From NCBI GenBank assembly GCA_963753695.1, contig CAVWDG010000009.1:73975-137974 (forward strand): a stretch of 64,000 bases of DNA, written 5' to 3'. Position numbers and translations under genes: made by a program. Below the pieces are notes generated by a model that did not search any database, had not been told where the DNA came from, and was given only the letters and a program-made list of their open reading frames with translations. This DNA comes from an uncultured Actinomycetes bacterium (GTDB lineage Bacteria > Actinomycetota > Thermoleophilia > UBA2241). Below are positions 1 to 10,063 of this stretch, in pieces; within the stretch, counting starts at the first letter, position 1; each line of letters begins with the position of its first letter.

Positions 1-2130
1 GGTACCAACAGCGAGTTCGGGTTCGACTACCTGCGCGACAACATGGCGATGCGCTTAGAAGAGTGCGTGCAGCGCGGCCACTCCTACTGCATCGTCGACG
101 AAGTCGACTCCATCCTGATCGACGAAGCGCGCACGCCGCTCATCATCTCGGGCGCGCCCGAGACCGCCGCCGGCACCTACCGCGACTTCGCGCGCATTGT
201 GCCGCGCCTAAAACCGGGCGACGACTACGAGGTCGACGAAAAGCAACGGACCGTGTCGGTGACCGAGTCGGGCGTCGCCAAGGTCGAAAAGGCGCTCAAC
301 GTCGACAACCTCTACAAAGACGTCAACGGCGCCCTGGTCAACCATCTCGTGCAGGCCCTGCGCGCCCAGGCGCTGTACCACAACGACAACGAGTACGTCG
401 TCAAAGACGGCGAGGTGCTGATCGTCGACGAGTTCACCGGCCGCGTCCTCGACGGACGGCGCTACTCCGAGGGCCTCCACCAGGCGATCGAGGCCAAAGA
501 GCACGTGCCGATCCGCGAAGAAAACCAGACGCTCGCCACGATCACCCTGCAGAACTACTTCCGCCTCTACGACAAGCTGGCCGGCATGACCGGCACGGCC
601 AAGACCGAAGAAGACGAGTTCCGCACCATCTACGCGCTCGACGTCGTGCAGATCCCGACCAACGTAGAGATGGTGCGCATCGACCAGAACGACTACATCT
701 TCACGACGCGCACCGACAAATACACGGCCGTCGTCAACGACATCGTGGAGCGCCACGAAAAAGGCCAGCCGGTGCTGGTCGGCACCGTATCGGTCGAGGT
801 CAGCGAGCTGCTCGCCACCCTGCTCGAGCGCCGCGGCGTGCCGCACAACGTGCTGAACGCAAAGCAGCACGAGCGCGAGGCCGAGATCATCAAGGGCGCC
901 GGTCAGGCCCACGCCGTGACGATCGCCACCAACATGGCCGGCCGCGGCGTCGACATCAAGCTCGGCGAGGGCGTGCCCGACCTGGGCGGCCTCTACGTGC
1001 TCGGTACCGAGCGCCACGAGAGTCGACGCATCGACAACCAGCTGCGCGGCCGCTCCGGACGCCAGGGCGACGCCGGCGAGAGCCGCTTCTACCTGTCGGC
1101 CGAAGACGACCTCATCCGCCTGTTCGCCGGCGACCGCATGTACAAGGTGCTCAACCGGCTCGGCCCCGGCGAGGGCGAGGCCCTCGAGCACCGCATGCTC
1201 TCGGGCGTCGTCGAACGCGCCCAGAAGAAGGTCGAAGAGCTCAACTTCATGCGCCGCAAGAACGTGCTGCAATACGACGAGGTCATGAACGAGCAGCGCC
1301 GCGTGATCTACGAGCAGCGCGGCCGTATCCTCCAGGGCGAAGACTTCGTCGACCAGGTGCGCGAGATGATCGAGCAGGTCATCGAGAGCACCGTCACGCT
1401 CGCGCTGGCCGACGCCCAGTACGCCGAAGACTGGGACATCGACGCCCTGCTGGTCTCGCTGCGCGCCGTCTACGACCCGTCGATCACGAAGGCCGGCATC
1501 GAGGAGCTCTCGGCGGTCGACGAGGTCGTCGAGCTCGCCGTCGACGATGCCCTCAACCTGTACGACGAGCGCGAGAAGCTGATCGGCGAGGAGCAGATGC
1601 GCGCCGTCGAGCGCGCCGTCATGCTGTCGATCGTCGACGTGCGCTGGAAGGACCACCTGCTCGACATGGACTACATGCAGGAGGGCATCCACCTGCGTGC
1701 GCTTGGTCAGCGCGACCCCCTGGCCGAGTACAAGACCGAGGGCTTCAGCCTGTTCGAGGACATGCTCGGCGGCGTGCGCCAGAGCGTGGTCATGACGCTC
1801 CTCAAGAACTCGCCCGAAGACCTCTCGTACTTCGCCGCCATGACCTTCGACCAGCCCATGCTGGCCATGAACTACACGAGCGGCGACGACCTCGCCTACC
1901 AGACGTCGTTCGCCGGCGCCGCGGTGGCGGCCGGCGCCACCACCTCGACCGGTGGCGGCGACGGCTACAGCTTGCCGGCCGCCGCGCAGGGCGCGCCCGC
2001 CATGGCCGCGCAGTCCGGCGGCGAGTCCTCGGTCGCCGTGCAGCAGCGCCACGTCGAGCAGAAGGTCGGCCGCAACGACCCCTGCTGGTGCGGCAGCGGC
2101 AAGAAGTTCAAGAAGTGTCACGGGGCGTAG
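1..2130 (+). CDS. secA: Preprotein translocase ATPase SecA (5'-truncated by window)
   Basis: Frame 1 open from base 1 (GTNSEFGFDYLRDNM). Motifs IVDEVDSILIDEARTPLIISG, IATNMAGRGVDI, HESRRIDNQLRGRSGRQGD and C-terminal SEC-C motif GRNDPCWCGSGKKFKKCHG. Ends in TAG. Confidence 0.98.
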   Translation, partial: GTNSEFGFDYLRDNMAMRLEECVQRGHSYCIVDEVDSILIDEARTPLIISGAPETAAGTYRDFARIVPRLKPGDDYEVDEKQRTVSVTESGVAKVEKALNVDNLYKDVNGALVNHLVQALRAQALYHNDNEYVVKDGEVLIVDEFTGRVLDGRRYSEGLHQAIEAKEHVPIREENQTLATITLQNYFRLYDKLAGMTGTAKTEEDEFRTIYALDVVQIPTNVEMVRIDQNDYIFTTRTDKYTAVVNDIVERHEKGQPVLVGTVSVEVSELLATLLERRGVPHNVLNAKQHEREAEIIKGAGQAHAVTIATNMAGRGVDIKLGEGVPDLGGLYVLGTERHESRRIDNQLRGRSGRQGDAGESRFYLSAEDDLIRLFAGDRMYKVLNRLGPGEGEALEHRMLSGVVERAQKKVEELNFMRRKNVLQYDEVMNEQRRVIYEQRGRILQGEDFVDQVREMIEQVIESTVTLALADAQYAEDWDIDALLVSLRAVYDPSITKAGIEELSAVDEVVELAVDDALNLYDEREKLIGEEQMRAVERAVMLSIVDVRWKDHLLDMDYMQEGIHLRALGQRDPLAEYKTEGFSLFEDMLGGVRQSVVMTLLKNSPEDLSYFAAMTFDQPMLAMNYTSGDDLAYQTSFAGAAVAAGATTSTGGGDGYSLPAAAQGAPAMAAQSGGESSVAVQQRHVEQKVGRNDPCWCGSGKKFKKCHGA

Positions 2131-2160
2131 GTGCTTCGCTTGCCCCGTCAAATGCCGTCG

Positions 2161-2358
2161 CTGCCGCCTGAGGCGGCAGGTCGCTCATTCCACGGAGCTT
2201 AAGGCGGCAGGCAAGCTGCGCTTGCCTGCCGTAGCGCCGTGCAACCCCGTCGCTCTCGCCTTCGGCGAGAGGGCGCTCGTTTCGCTCCCGCTGCGGCCCT
2301 GGGATCGTCGTCGCTTGCGTTAAGAGGGCCCTCGTTTCGCTCTCCCTGCGACCCTAGG
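2161..2358. repeat. REP-like hairpin/repeat cluster downstream of secA
   Basis: Hairpins at 2161-2179, 2206-2230 and 2253-2271. Imperfect ca. 35 bp direct repeat (GAGGGC-CTCGTTTCGCTC-CTGCG-CCCT) at 2269-2303 and 2324-2358. Confidence 0.55.
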
Positions 2359-2484
2359 TTCGCCCGGGCCTGACGCCGAGCCCCTGCGCGGCGGCACCGA
2401 CCGCCGTCGCCTGTCTGCTTCGGTGCGAGCTTCCTAGTATGGCGCGCGTCCCCTCCTGCCGATACCTTCTCCTGTGGAGGTTGG

Positions 2485-3965
2485 ATGAGCGCACCTGGGC
2501 GTACCCGAGAATCGGTGAGGGGCTCGCTGCCGGCACTGGCAGCGGTAGTGGCGGTATTGGCGCTGCTCGCGGTCGCGGCCGTCGCCGTGATCGTGCTGCG
2601 GCAGACGGCGCCCGCTTCCCTCCTCGCTGGTGCGGCCGCCCCGACCAGCTCGCCCGGTCCGACCGGGTCGCCCAGATCGACCGGTCCGCTCGGCTGGAAG
2701 GCGCAGATGGGGCAGTATGGCGGGGACGACTTCGCCGCGATCGCCTTTGCCGATGGGCGGCACGGCTGGGTCGCGGGCTCGGCGGGCGCGATCTTCGCGA
2801 CAAGTGATGGCGGGTCGACCTGGAGCGAGCGGGGCTTTGACAGCGGAACGACGCAGTGGAGTTCGATCGCCTGCGCGGGTTCCCACCGTGCGTGGGTGGT
2901 GGGGAGAGCTCGAACAGCGCGGGGGCGTACCTCTGCGCCATCGCCGCCACCCACGATGGGGGGGACCACTGGCGCTCCCAAGGGCCGCCGGTTGAGGGTT
3001 CGCTGAACAGCGTGACTTTCGTCGACGCCCTGCACGGCTGGGCGGTGGGCTCTGCGTTCCTGCCGCACACGCATGCCTTGATCCTGGCCACCCGGGACGG
3101 GGGCGCGCACTGGTTGGTGGAGCAGTCCAGCGCGGGGCTGGCGCTCACTGCGGTCGACTTTGTCGACGCGAGTCACGGTTGGGCGATAGGCGACGACACG
3201 GGGCCGCCCGGCGGCGCCATTCTGGCGACCACCGATGGGGGCGCGCACTGGGCGACGCAGGCGGCGGGCGACGACTACGGCGGCGCCGGCGCCGTGACGT
3301 TCGTCGACCGCGACCACGGCTGGGTCGCCTTGGCCGATTCGATCGCGGTGACGACCGACGGCGGCCGTCACTGGCTCCGTCGCACCATCCCGGCCATGGA
3401 ATACCCCAACATCCACGGTATCGCGTTCGTCGATACCAGGCACGGCTGGGCCGTAGGCGGCGGCGGAGAGGACTCACAACGAGATGCCATTTGGGCGACG
3501 AGCGATGGCGGCGCCCACTGGAGCAGGCAGGACGAGGGCACCTTCGACGGGCTTGGCGCGGTCGCTGCCACGGACCCCCGCCACGCGTGGGCGGCGGGCA
3601 AGGGGCAGTCGATCGTCGCCACCGCCGGCGGGGGCCGGGGAACCACGCCGCCCCGCACGTTCACCTCGACGCCGCTGGCCCCGTCTCCGCCCGAGAGCTG
3701 GGTGAAAGTGGCGCAGCTGAGCGGAGTCGGGGCCGCCGGCGACATGGCTCTCGAGCTGAAGGGCTCGTTCCAGAAGATCGTCTTGGGCCGACACGACAAG
3801 TCGCTCACGATCCACCTGACGGATATTGACCACACAGGCTTCGAGATGTCCTGGTTCGAAGCCGGCAATGGGTCGACCGACACCGAGAACTGGGGCCCCG
3901 GGCGCTACACGATGAAGGTCGAGTGCGCCGGCGCCTGGACCCTCATCATGTACGACAGGCGGTAG
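2485..3965 (+). CDS. Membrane-anchored YCF48/BNR (Asp-box) beta-propeller protein; one apparent frameshift near 2900
   Basis: GGAGG SD, N-terminal TM segment, repeated F-x-D-x-x-HGW-x-VG and T-x-DGG-x-x-W blades across ORFs 2485-3006 and 2856-3965. Frames join in a G-run (GTGGGGAGAG). Confidence 0.78.
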
Positions 3966-4003
3966 CCTTGGGTGAGCTTGCTCGAGGCTGCGCGACGGTA
4001 GGG

Positions 4004-4009
4004 TATACT
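4004..4009 (+). promoter_or_regulatory. -10 box for probable leaderless prfB
   Basis: TATACT 8 nt upstream of ATG 4018; no SD between. Confidence 0.5.
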
Positions 4010-4017
4010 TTCTCACC

Positions 4018-5178
4018 ATGACGATGACCGTACCCGAAGCTCTCGAACACCTTGACTCGCTCCGCGAGCGGTTGCACGGCGCCTCAGAGCGCCTCAGCTG
4101 GCTGCGGAGCTATCTTTGACCCCCCTCGCCTGACTGCCGACATCGAGGCGCTCGAAGAGCGCATGCGGGCCTCCGACTTCTGGGACGACGCCGAGGCCGC
4201 GCAGACCACGTCGGCCACCTATAGCCGCCTCAAGCGTCGCTTCGACGACTTCGCCGCCCTCGAAGCCGGCTTCGGCGACCTCGAGACCACCGAAGAGATG
4301 ATCCGCGAGGAGCTCGCCGCCGACGAGGTCGACGAGCCGCTCTTCGCCGAGCTCGGGCAGGGCGTGGCGGCTCTCGAGCGCGAGCTCGAACACGGCGAAG
4401 AGCAGCGCTTCTTCAGCGGCCGCTACGACGAGGGCGGCGCCGTGATGACCATCCATCCGGGCGCCGGCGGCACCGAGTCGCAGGACTGGGCATCCATGCT
4501 GTTCCGCATGTACCTGCGCTGGTTCGAGAACCGCGGCTTCAAAGTCGAGGTCAACGACACCCAGGAGGGTGGCGAGGCCGGCATCACGAGCGCGACCATC
4601 TCGGTCGAGGGCGAGAACGCCTACGGCCTGCTGGCCTCGAGAAGGGCGTGCATCGCCTGGTGCGCATGAGCCCCTTCGACTCGGCCAACCGGCGGCACAC
4701 GCGCTTCGCCGCGGTCGAGGTCAGCCCGCTGGTCAGCGACGACGTCGAGATCGACATCGACGAAGACGACCTGCGCATCGACACCTACCGTTCCAGCGGC
4801 GCCGGCGGGCAGCACGTCAATAAGACCGAGCTCGGCGGTGCGCATCACGCACATCCCCACCAACATCGTGGTGCAGTGCCAGAACGAGCGCTCCCAGCTC
4901 TCGAACCGCGCGACCGCGATGCGCATGCTCAAGAGCTCGCCTGATCGAGCTCGAAGAGCGCAAGCGCGCCGAAGAGCTCGCTCGCGAACGCGGCCAGCAG
5001 CTCGACGTCGAACTTCGGCTCGCAGATCCGCAGCTACGTGCTGCACCCCTACCAGATGGTCAAAGACCTGCGCACCGACCACGAGACCGGCAACACCCAG
5101 GCCGTGCTCGACGGCGGGCTCGACGAGTTCGTGCACTCGTACCTCATGTGGCGCGCCGGCAACGACCACCGCGGATGA
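4018..5178 (+). CDS. prfB: Peptide chain release factor 2 (programmed +1 frameshift plus about 4 probable assembly indels)
   Basis: [22 protein letters not shown] (RF2 SPF motif), [11 protein letters not shown] (GGQ) and [20 protein letters not shown] are recoverable across frames. Extra indels near 4640, 4830, 4936 and 5010. Confidence 0.95.
4105..4120 (+). other. prfB programmed +1 ribosomal frameshift site
   Basis: CGGAGC TAT CTT TGA C in frame with ATG 4018. The +1 frame continues [10 protein letters not shown]. Matches the canonical RF2 autoregulatory site. Confidence 0.92.
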
Positions 5179-5194
5179 CCGCAAGCGCCAGCCC

Positions 5195-5249
5195 CCGCGA
5201 CGCGACGCGGGTGACCGCAGCGGGCAGTCTCCGCGACGCGACGCGGGTG
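5195..5249. repeat. Two copies of a 19 bp palindromic repeat
   Basis: CCGCGACGCGACGCGGGTG at 5195-5213 and 5231-5249; each can fold CCGCG/CGCGG. Confidence 0.6.
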
Positions 5250-5284
5250 GCCGGCACGACGACGCTCGAACGCTGGGTCGTGCG

Positions 5285-5794
5285 ATGAACCTGCCCGACG
5301 ACACCCCCACGCTGCGCGGCCCACGCGTCGTGCTGCGCCCCCTGACGCAAGCCGACGCCCCGACCATGCTCGCCATGCTCAGTGAGCCCGGCGTCGCCGC
5401 CTGGTGGCGGCGCTCCGAGTGGGACCAGCTGACCGAAGACGGCGCGATCGTCTTTGCCGTCGTGGTCGACGACGAGATCGCCGGCTGCATCCAGTTCTGC
5501 GAAGAGACCGACCCCGACTACCTGAGCGCCGCCATCGACATCTTCATGGGCGACGCCTGGCAGGACCGCGGCCTGGGCTCTGAGGCGATGCGCACGCTGA
5601 TCGACTACCTGATCGGGCAGCGCGGCCACCACCGCATCACGGTCGACCCGGCGGCCGGCAACGCGCGCGCCATCCGCGTCTACGAGCGCCTCGGCTTTCG
5701 CCCGGTGGGTATCATGCGCGCCTACGAGCGCGTGGCCGAGGGCACCTGGCGCGACGCCCTGCTCATGGAGCTCATCGAGCTCGACCGGGGCTGA
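5285..5794 (+). CDS. GNAT N-acetyltransferase (RimJ/AAC(6')-like fold)
   Basis: VVLRPLT start, [10 protein letters not shown] acetyl-CoA motif, [18 protein letters not shown]. Confidence 0.85.
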   Translation: MNLPDDTPTLRGPRVVLRPLTQADAPTMLAMLSEPGVAAWWRRSEWDQLTEDGAIVFAVVVDDEIAGCIQFCEETDPDYLSAAIDIFMGDAWQDRGLGSEAMRTLIDYLIGQRGHHRITVDPAAGNARAIRVYERLGFRPVGIMRAYERVAEGTWRDALLMELIELDRG

Positions 5795-5799
5795 CGCGC

Positions 5800-6384
5800 T
5801 CAGGCCTCGACGGCGCCCATCACGAGCGGGGTCAGGCGAGCCTCGACGTCGTCGAGGCTCGCCGCACGATCGAACACCAGCCAGTCGAGCGCCGCGGTGG
5901 CGATCATGCCGAACAGGGTCGACGCCGTGCTCTGCACGTCTAAGTCGGCGCGGAACTCGCCGGTCGCGACGCCGCGGGCGAGCACACCGGCAAAGACCGC
6001 GACGTACTCTTCGCGCAGGGTGCGCAGGTTGTCGCGCCAGTCGCGGTCGGCGCGCCACATCTCCGACATCACGAGCTTCGAGAAGGCCTGGTAGCGCTCC
6101 ATGTAGACGAGCTGGGCATGGACGAGGGCGCGCAGGGCGGCTGCGCCGCCCTGCGCGCCCTCGATCTCGCTGCGAAACGAGGCCGCCAGCCGGCGCAGGC
6201 CGTCGTCGAGCAGGGCCGAGACCAGCTCGGACTTGCTGCGGAAGTGGTAGTACACGGTGCCCTTGGCGACGCCGGCGCGCTCCACGATGTCGTCGACCGT
6301 GGCGCCCGCGTAGCCACGCTCGCCGAGCAGCTCGATGGCCGCCGTGAACAGGCGGTCGAGGGTCCCGCTGCGGGCGTGCGGCAT
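5800..6384 (-). CDS. TetR/AcrR family regulator
   Basis: HTH AAIELLGERGYAGATVDDIVERAGVAKGTVYYHFRSK; start MPHARS at 6384. Confidence 0.92.
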   Translation of the reverse strand: MPHARSGTLDRLFTAAIELLGERGYAGATVDDIVERAGVAKGTVYYHFRSKSELVSALLDDGLRRLAASFRSEIEGAQGGAAALRALVHAQLVYMERYQAFSKLVMSEMWRADRDWRDNLRTLREEYVAVFAGVLARGVATGEFRADLDVQSTASTLFGMIATAALDWLVFDRAASLDDVEARLTPLVMGAVEA

Positions 6385-6496
6385 GGTGGTCCGTCCCTTC
6401 GCTCTATTCGCGGTGCGTTGCCCGGTCGAGGCGATCGTCACGGTGGCGTTGCGCTGCACCGTCGTGACGTCGCCGCGCCGCCGCCGCGAGGCGACG

Positions 6497-8734
6497 TCAC
6501 GACATCGTGACGATGGGCTTGAGGCGGTCCATCGTCCAGGTCCGCCGACGGTGCGCGGTCAGTATAGTCGCACACACCGCGAGCGCGGCGAAGCCGAGCA
6601 GCACGGCGGCGTCGATCGCCAGGGCGCCCAGGTCGCCGCCCGAGATCGCCTGGCGCAAGCCCGAGACCACATAGGTCATGGGCAGCCAGGGGTTGATGAT
6701 CTGGAAGAAGCGCGGCACCGTCTGCATGGGGAACGTGCCGCCCGACGAGGTCAGCTGCAACATGAGCAGCACGATGGCAGCGAACTTGCCGGCCGTGCCC
6801 AGGGCCGCCGACAGGAACTGCAGGATGGCCGTGAAGGCAAAGGCGGCGACCAGCACAAAGCCGAGCAGCGCAGGCGGCTCGACCGCGTGCAGCCCGAGCG
6901 TGAAGCGCAACACCAGGACGAGCACGATCGCCTGCACCGCCGTCAGGGCGGCGCCGGGCCACAGCCCGGCGAGGGCCACCTGGGTGTCGGGCAGGGTCGA
7001 GGCCAGGGCGCGGTTGCTCAAGGGCCGCACGATGAAGTAGGTCATGAGCGCCCCGACCCACAGTGCCAGGGGGATGAAGTAGGGCGCAAAGCCGGTGCCG
7101 TAGTTGGGCACCGGGTCGACGCGCGTGGTGTGCAGCTGCACGGGATCGCTCATGACCGCGGCGTGGCTTGTGCGTTGCGCGCCGTTGTAGGCGGTCATGG
7201 CGGCGGCCCCCTTGACGAGGCTGCGAGTCAGCGTGCTGCCGCCGGCCTGCGCCTGGGCGAGGCCGCTTGAGAGCTTGGTGCCGCCGGCCTCGAGACGGTC
7301 GAGCCCGAGGACGAGCGCGCCGCCGCCGCTCGCCGCCTGCGCGGCGCCGCCGGCCGCCTGGGCCGCGCCGCCGGCCAGCGTGCGCGCCCCGCTGGCCAGG
7401 GCGCCGGCGCCGGCGCTGGTCCGGCTCACGCCGGACTGCAGCGCGCCGGCGCCCTGAGCGAGCGCGCTCGCCCCACCGGCCACCGTCTGCGCGCCCGAGT
7501 GGGCCTTGGTGACGGCCGCCTCGTAGGTGGCAAGCGAGTCGGCAAGCTGCGAACTGCCTCCGTCGAGCTGGGCGGCGCCCGCCTCGAGTGTCTGGAGCTG
7601 GGGCATGGCGGCCGCGAGGCCGCTGTGCAGCTGCGAGAGGCCACCGGCCACCTGGCCGGCGGCGCCCGCGGCGGTCTGCAGGTCGCCGAGGTCGGTGGCG
7701 TCGGGGTGCGCGGCGATGTAGGCGGCAAGCGCCTGCTGGACCTGGCTCGCGGCGCCGGAAAGCGTGCCGGCCGAGTCCGCGGCGGTCGCCGTCTGGGCGG
7801 CCGCCGCCGTGAGTCCGGCGTGCACCTGGCTTGCTCCCGCAGCGAGGGTGGTCGCTGCGCCGTGGAGCTGCGTGGCGCCGCTCGCCAGGCCGCCGAGTCC
7901 GCTGGCGAGGGCGCCGGCGCCGCTCGCCAGGGTGTGGCTGCCGGCGCTCACGGTGCGCGCTCCGGCGGCGGCGCTGCTCAGGCCGCCCGATAGCCGGCTC
8001 GCCCCGCTTGCCAGGCGCGTCGCGCCGCTCGCCAGCGAGTGGGTGCCGCTCGTCAGGCTGGTGAACCCCGAGGAGAGCGTGCGCGAGCCCCTGGCGGCCG
8101 TTGTGATGCCGCCCGCCAGGCTCGACGAGCCCGACGTGGCGCGGCTCAGGGCGACGGTCAGGCGCCCGGCGCCGCCGGCCGCCTTCGTGGTCCCCTGCTT
8201 GACCTCGGATAGCCCGCCGAAGAGGTGCGACAGGTAGCCCTTGGCAGTGACGGCCGACAGCGAGGCCCGCAGCTCCACGAAGATGCGCCCGCCAATCTGC
8301 GTGGCGAGCAGGTTGTGGGCCTCGTTGGCCTGCACCTGCAGCGTGGCCGCCTGGGGCCTGGCGCCCGACGCCGAGGCCACGTGAGCGCTGAAGTCGGCGG
8401 GGATGGTGAGGGTCATCGCGTAGCGGCCGCTGCGCAGCCCGGTACGCGCCCGCGCGGCCGAGACCGGCAGCCACTCGAACGACTTGTCGGTGCGCAGCTG
8501 GCTCATGAGGTCGGCGCCCACGTGCACCGTGACGCCGGCGGAACGGACCGGCTGGTCTAAGTTGACGACCGCCACCGGCAGCTTGTCGAGGCGCGAGTAC
8601 GGGTCCCAGAAGGCCCACAGGTAGAGGACGGCGTAGAGCAGCGGCACGACGCAGACGACCCCGGCGGCAATGCGGAAGGCCCGGGCCGACAGGAGCCGCT
8701 TGAGCTCTGATTGAGCGAGCCTAAACGAGCGCAC
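6497..8734 (-). CDS. YhgE/Pip family membrane protein
   Basis: YLWAFWDPYSRLDKLPVAVVNLD, long heptad x-x-x-L-x-x-G repeat region, PNYGTGFAPYFIPLALWVG, SSGGTFP, TM helices at the C-terminus. Confidence 0.93.
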   Translation of the reverse strand: MRSFRLAQSELKRLLSARAFRIAAGVVCVVPLLYAVLYLWAFWDPYSRLDKLPVAVVNLDQPVRSAGVTVHVGADLMSQLRTDKSFEWLPVSAARARTGLRSGRYAMTLTIPADFSAHVASASGARPQAATLQVQANEAHNLLATQIGGRIFVELRASLSAVTAKGYLSHLFGGLSEVKQGTTKAAGGAGRLTVALSRATSGSSSLAGGITTAARGSRTLSSGFTSLTSGTHSLASGATRLASGASRLSGGLSSAAAGARTVSAGSHTLASGAGALASGLGGLASGATQLHGAATTLAAGASQVHAGLTAAAAQTATAADSAGTLSGAASQVQQALAAYIAAHPDATDLGDLQTAAGAAGQVAGGLSQLHSGLAAAMPQLQTLEAGAAQLDGGSSQLADSLATYEAAVTKAHSGAQTVAGGASALAQGAGALQSGVSRTSAGAGALASGARTLAGGAAQAAGGAAQAASGGGALVLGLDRLEAGGTKLSSGLAQAQAGGSTLTRSLVKGAAAMTAYNGAQRTSHAAVMSDPVQLHTTRVDPVPNYGTGFAPYFIPLALWVGALMTYFIVRPLSNRALASTLPDTQVALAGLWPGAALTAVQAIVLVLVLRFTLGLHAVEPPALLGFVLVAAFAFTAILQFLSAALGTAGKFAAIVLLMLQLTSSGGTFPMQTVPRFFQIINPWLPMTYVVSGLRQAISGGDLGALAIDAAVLLGFAALAVCATILTAHRRRTWTMDRLKPIVTMS

Positions 8735-9521
8735 GATCGGCCTCCTTGCGGGGCATGGGGAGTGGGGTGACGGTCGGGCGCGGGGGCGGCGGATCGGTGG
8801 CGGCTGCCGACGCGCACCCGGCGACCGAGACGGCGGCGTCCGAGACGGCTCCGATCGGGCCGTCGGCGGGACGGCCGTCGGCGTCGAGCCAGAGGACGAC
8901 GTCGGCGTGGGCGGCGAGGCTCGGGTCGAGGCTGCCGGCGACGACCGTCAGGCCGCCGGCGGCGAGCTCGCGCAGCCGCGCCATGGTCATCTCGTGGTCG
9001 GCCGGGGTGAGGTCTTCGTGAAGGTCGTCGACCACCAGGAACGGCGGCGTGCCGATCAGCGCCAGCGCGACGCCCAGCAGCAGGCGGTCGGCCGCGCGCA
9101 GGTCGCCGACCTTGACGCGCGCGTCTAGGGCCAGGCCCACGGGGTCGAGCGCCAGCGCCACGTCGGCGCGCGAGCGGCGCTTGCCGTGCAGGGCGAGCTC
9201 AGCTCTGACCTGGTCGCCGACCGTGAGGGTCGCGTCGAGCTCGTTGACACCGGAGGTCTCGCCGAGACCCACGAGCTGGCGGGCGCGCTGCGGCTGGGCG
9301 ACTGCGTCGCAGTCGCCCAGCCGCAGCGCGCCCGCCGTCGGGAGCATGCGCGCCGCCAGGGTAAGCAGTAGCGCGGTCTTGCCGCAGCCGGCCGGTCCGC
9401 TGACGAGCGCCACCGAGCCCGCGGGCACGTCGAGGTCGACATCGCGATACACCCAGCCGCTCGAAGTGAGCAGGCCGAGGCCCTTGGCGTCGATCCTTCG
9501 CTGCTCGTCTGGCGTCGTCAC
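8721..9521 (-). CDS. ABC-type ATP-binding protein (degenerate signature)
   Basis: Walker A GPAGCGKT, Walker B-like VVDD. Probable GTG at 9521 with GGAGG SD. Overlaps the yhgE start. Confidence 0.8.
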   Translation of the reverse strand: MTTPDEQRRIDAKGLGLLTSSGWVYRDVDLDVPAGSVALVSGPAGCGKTALLLTLAARMLPTAGALRLGDCDAVAQPQRARQLVGLGETSGVNELDATLTVGDQVRAELALHGKRRSRADVALALDPVGLALDARVKVGDLRAADRLLLGVALALIGTPPFLVVDDLHEDLTPADHEMTMARLRELAAGGLTVVAGSLDPSLAAHADVVLWLDADGRPADGPIGAVSDAAVSVAGCASAAATDPPPPRPTVTPLPMPRKEADRALV

Positions 9522-9549
9522 ACGGCACCTCCCGGTCCGGTCATAGTGC

Positions 9550-9563
9550 ACTGACTAGTCAGT
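9550..9563. promoter_or_regulatory. Perfect palindromic TetR-type operator
   Basis: ACTGACTAGTCAGT, about 30 bp upstream of the ABC-yhgE-tetR operon. Confidence 0.75.
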
Positions 9564-9764
9564 ATAAATGAAGGTTGGACTTTGAGCAACCGTATGGGGG
9601 AGTGGGGTTGAATGGCCGCCGTGATCGCTGTTTACCCGCGACCGCACAGCCCAGGCGGCCAGGTGCCGGTTGCCGAGACGCGCGGCAGTATCTTGGGAAT
9701 GCCAAGCGCCGCCCCAGACCCTCGCAGACCCTTCTGCTGTACAGCTGGCAGCCCGTCCGACGTC

Positions 9765-9773
9765 TGCTATAAT
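9765..9773 (+). promoter_or_regulatory. Extended -10 promoter of tRNA-Val
   Basis: TGcTATAAT 12 nt upstream of the tRNA. Confidence 0.7.
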
Positions 9774-9785
9774 CTCAACTCTCGT

Positions 9786-9862
9786 GGGCGACTAGCTCAG
9801 TTGCGTAGAGCGCCAGCTCGACAAGCTGGAGGTCGTTGGTTCAATTCCAACGTCGCCCACCA
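9786..9862 (+). tRNA. tRNA-Val(GAC)
   Basis: Acceptor GGGCGAC/GTCGCCC, D-stem GCTC/GAGC, anticodon arm CCAGC-TC GAC AA-GCTGG, T-arm GTTGG-TTCAATT-CCAAC, encoded CCA. Confidence 0.95.
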
Positions 9863-10063
9863 CCTCTTCGTCTTCCGCTCCCTTTCGCCCCGCCCTGCGG
9901 CGGCCGCGCAGGCCTCCGGATGTCAGGCAGCAACCAGGCTGATGTCCTATCGACGTGGCCGCAGATGCGTCTTTCAGGTGCAGTGCGGATCTTGCCGATA
10001 CTCACTCGAGCGTACGGGGCGCCGCAAACCAGCCCCTTGACCGGCCGGTCCACGCGGGGGGCC

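Noticed and set aside
5285-5794. Aminoglycoside resistance gene
   Set aside because: The fold is AAC(6')-like, but such GNATs are common and substrate cannot be assigned from sequence.
9800-9812. Unusual tRNA-Val D-loop (AGTTGCGTA lacking GG)
   Set aside because: A single inserted C would explain it and matches the indel noise seen here.
10039-10050. GACCGGCCGGTC palindrome as a fourth regulon site
   Set aside because: It has different central spacing, lacks the CTAAT/ATTAG arms, and GC-only palindromes are common at this composition.
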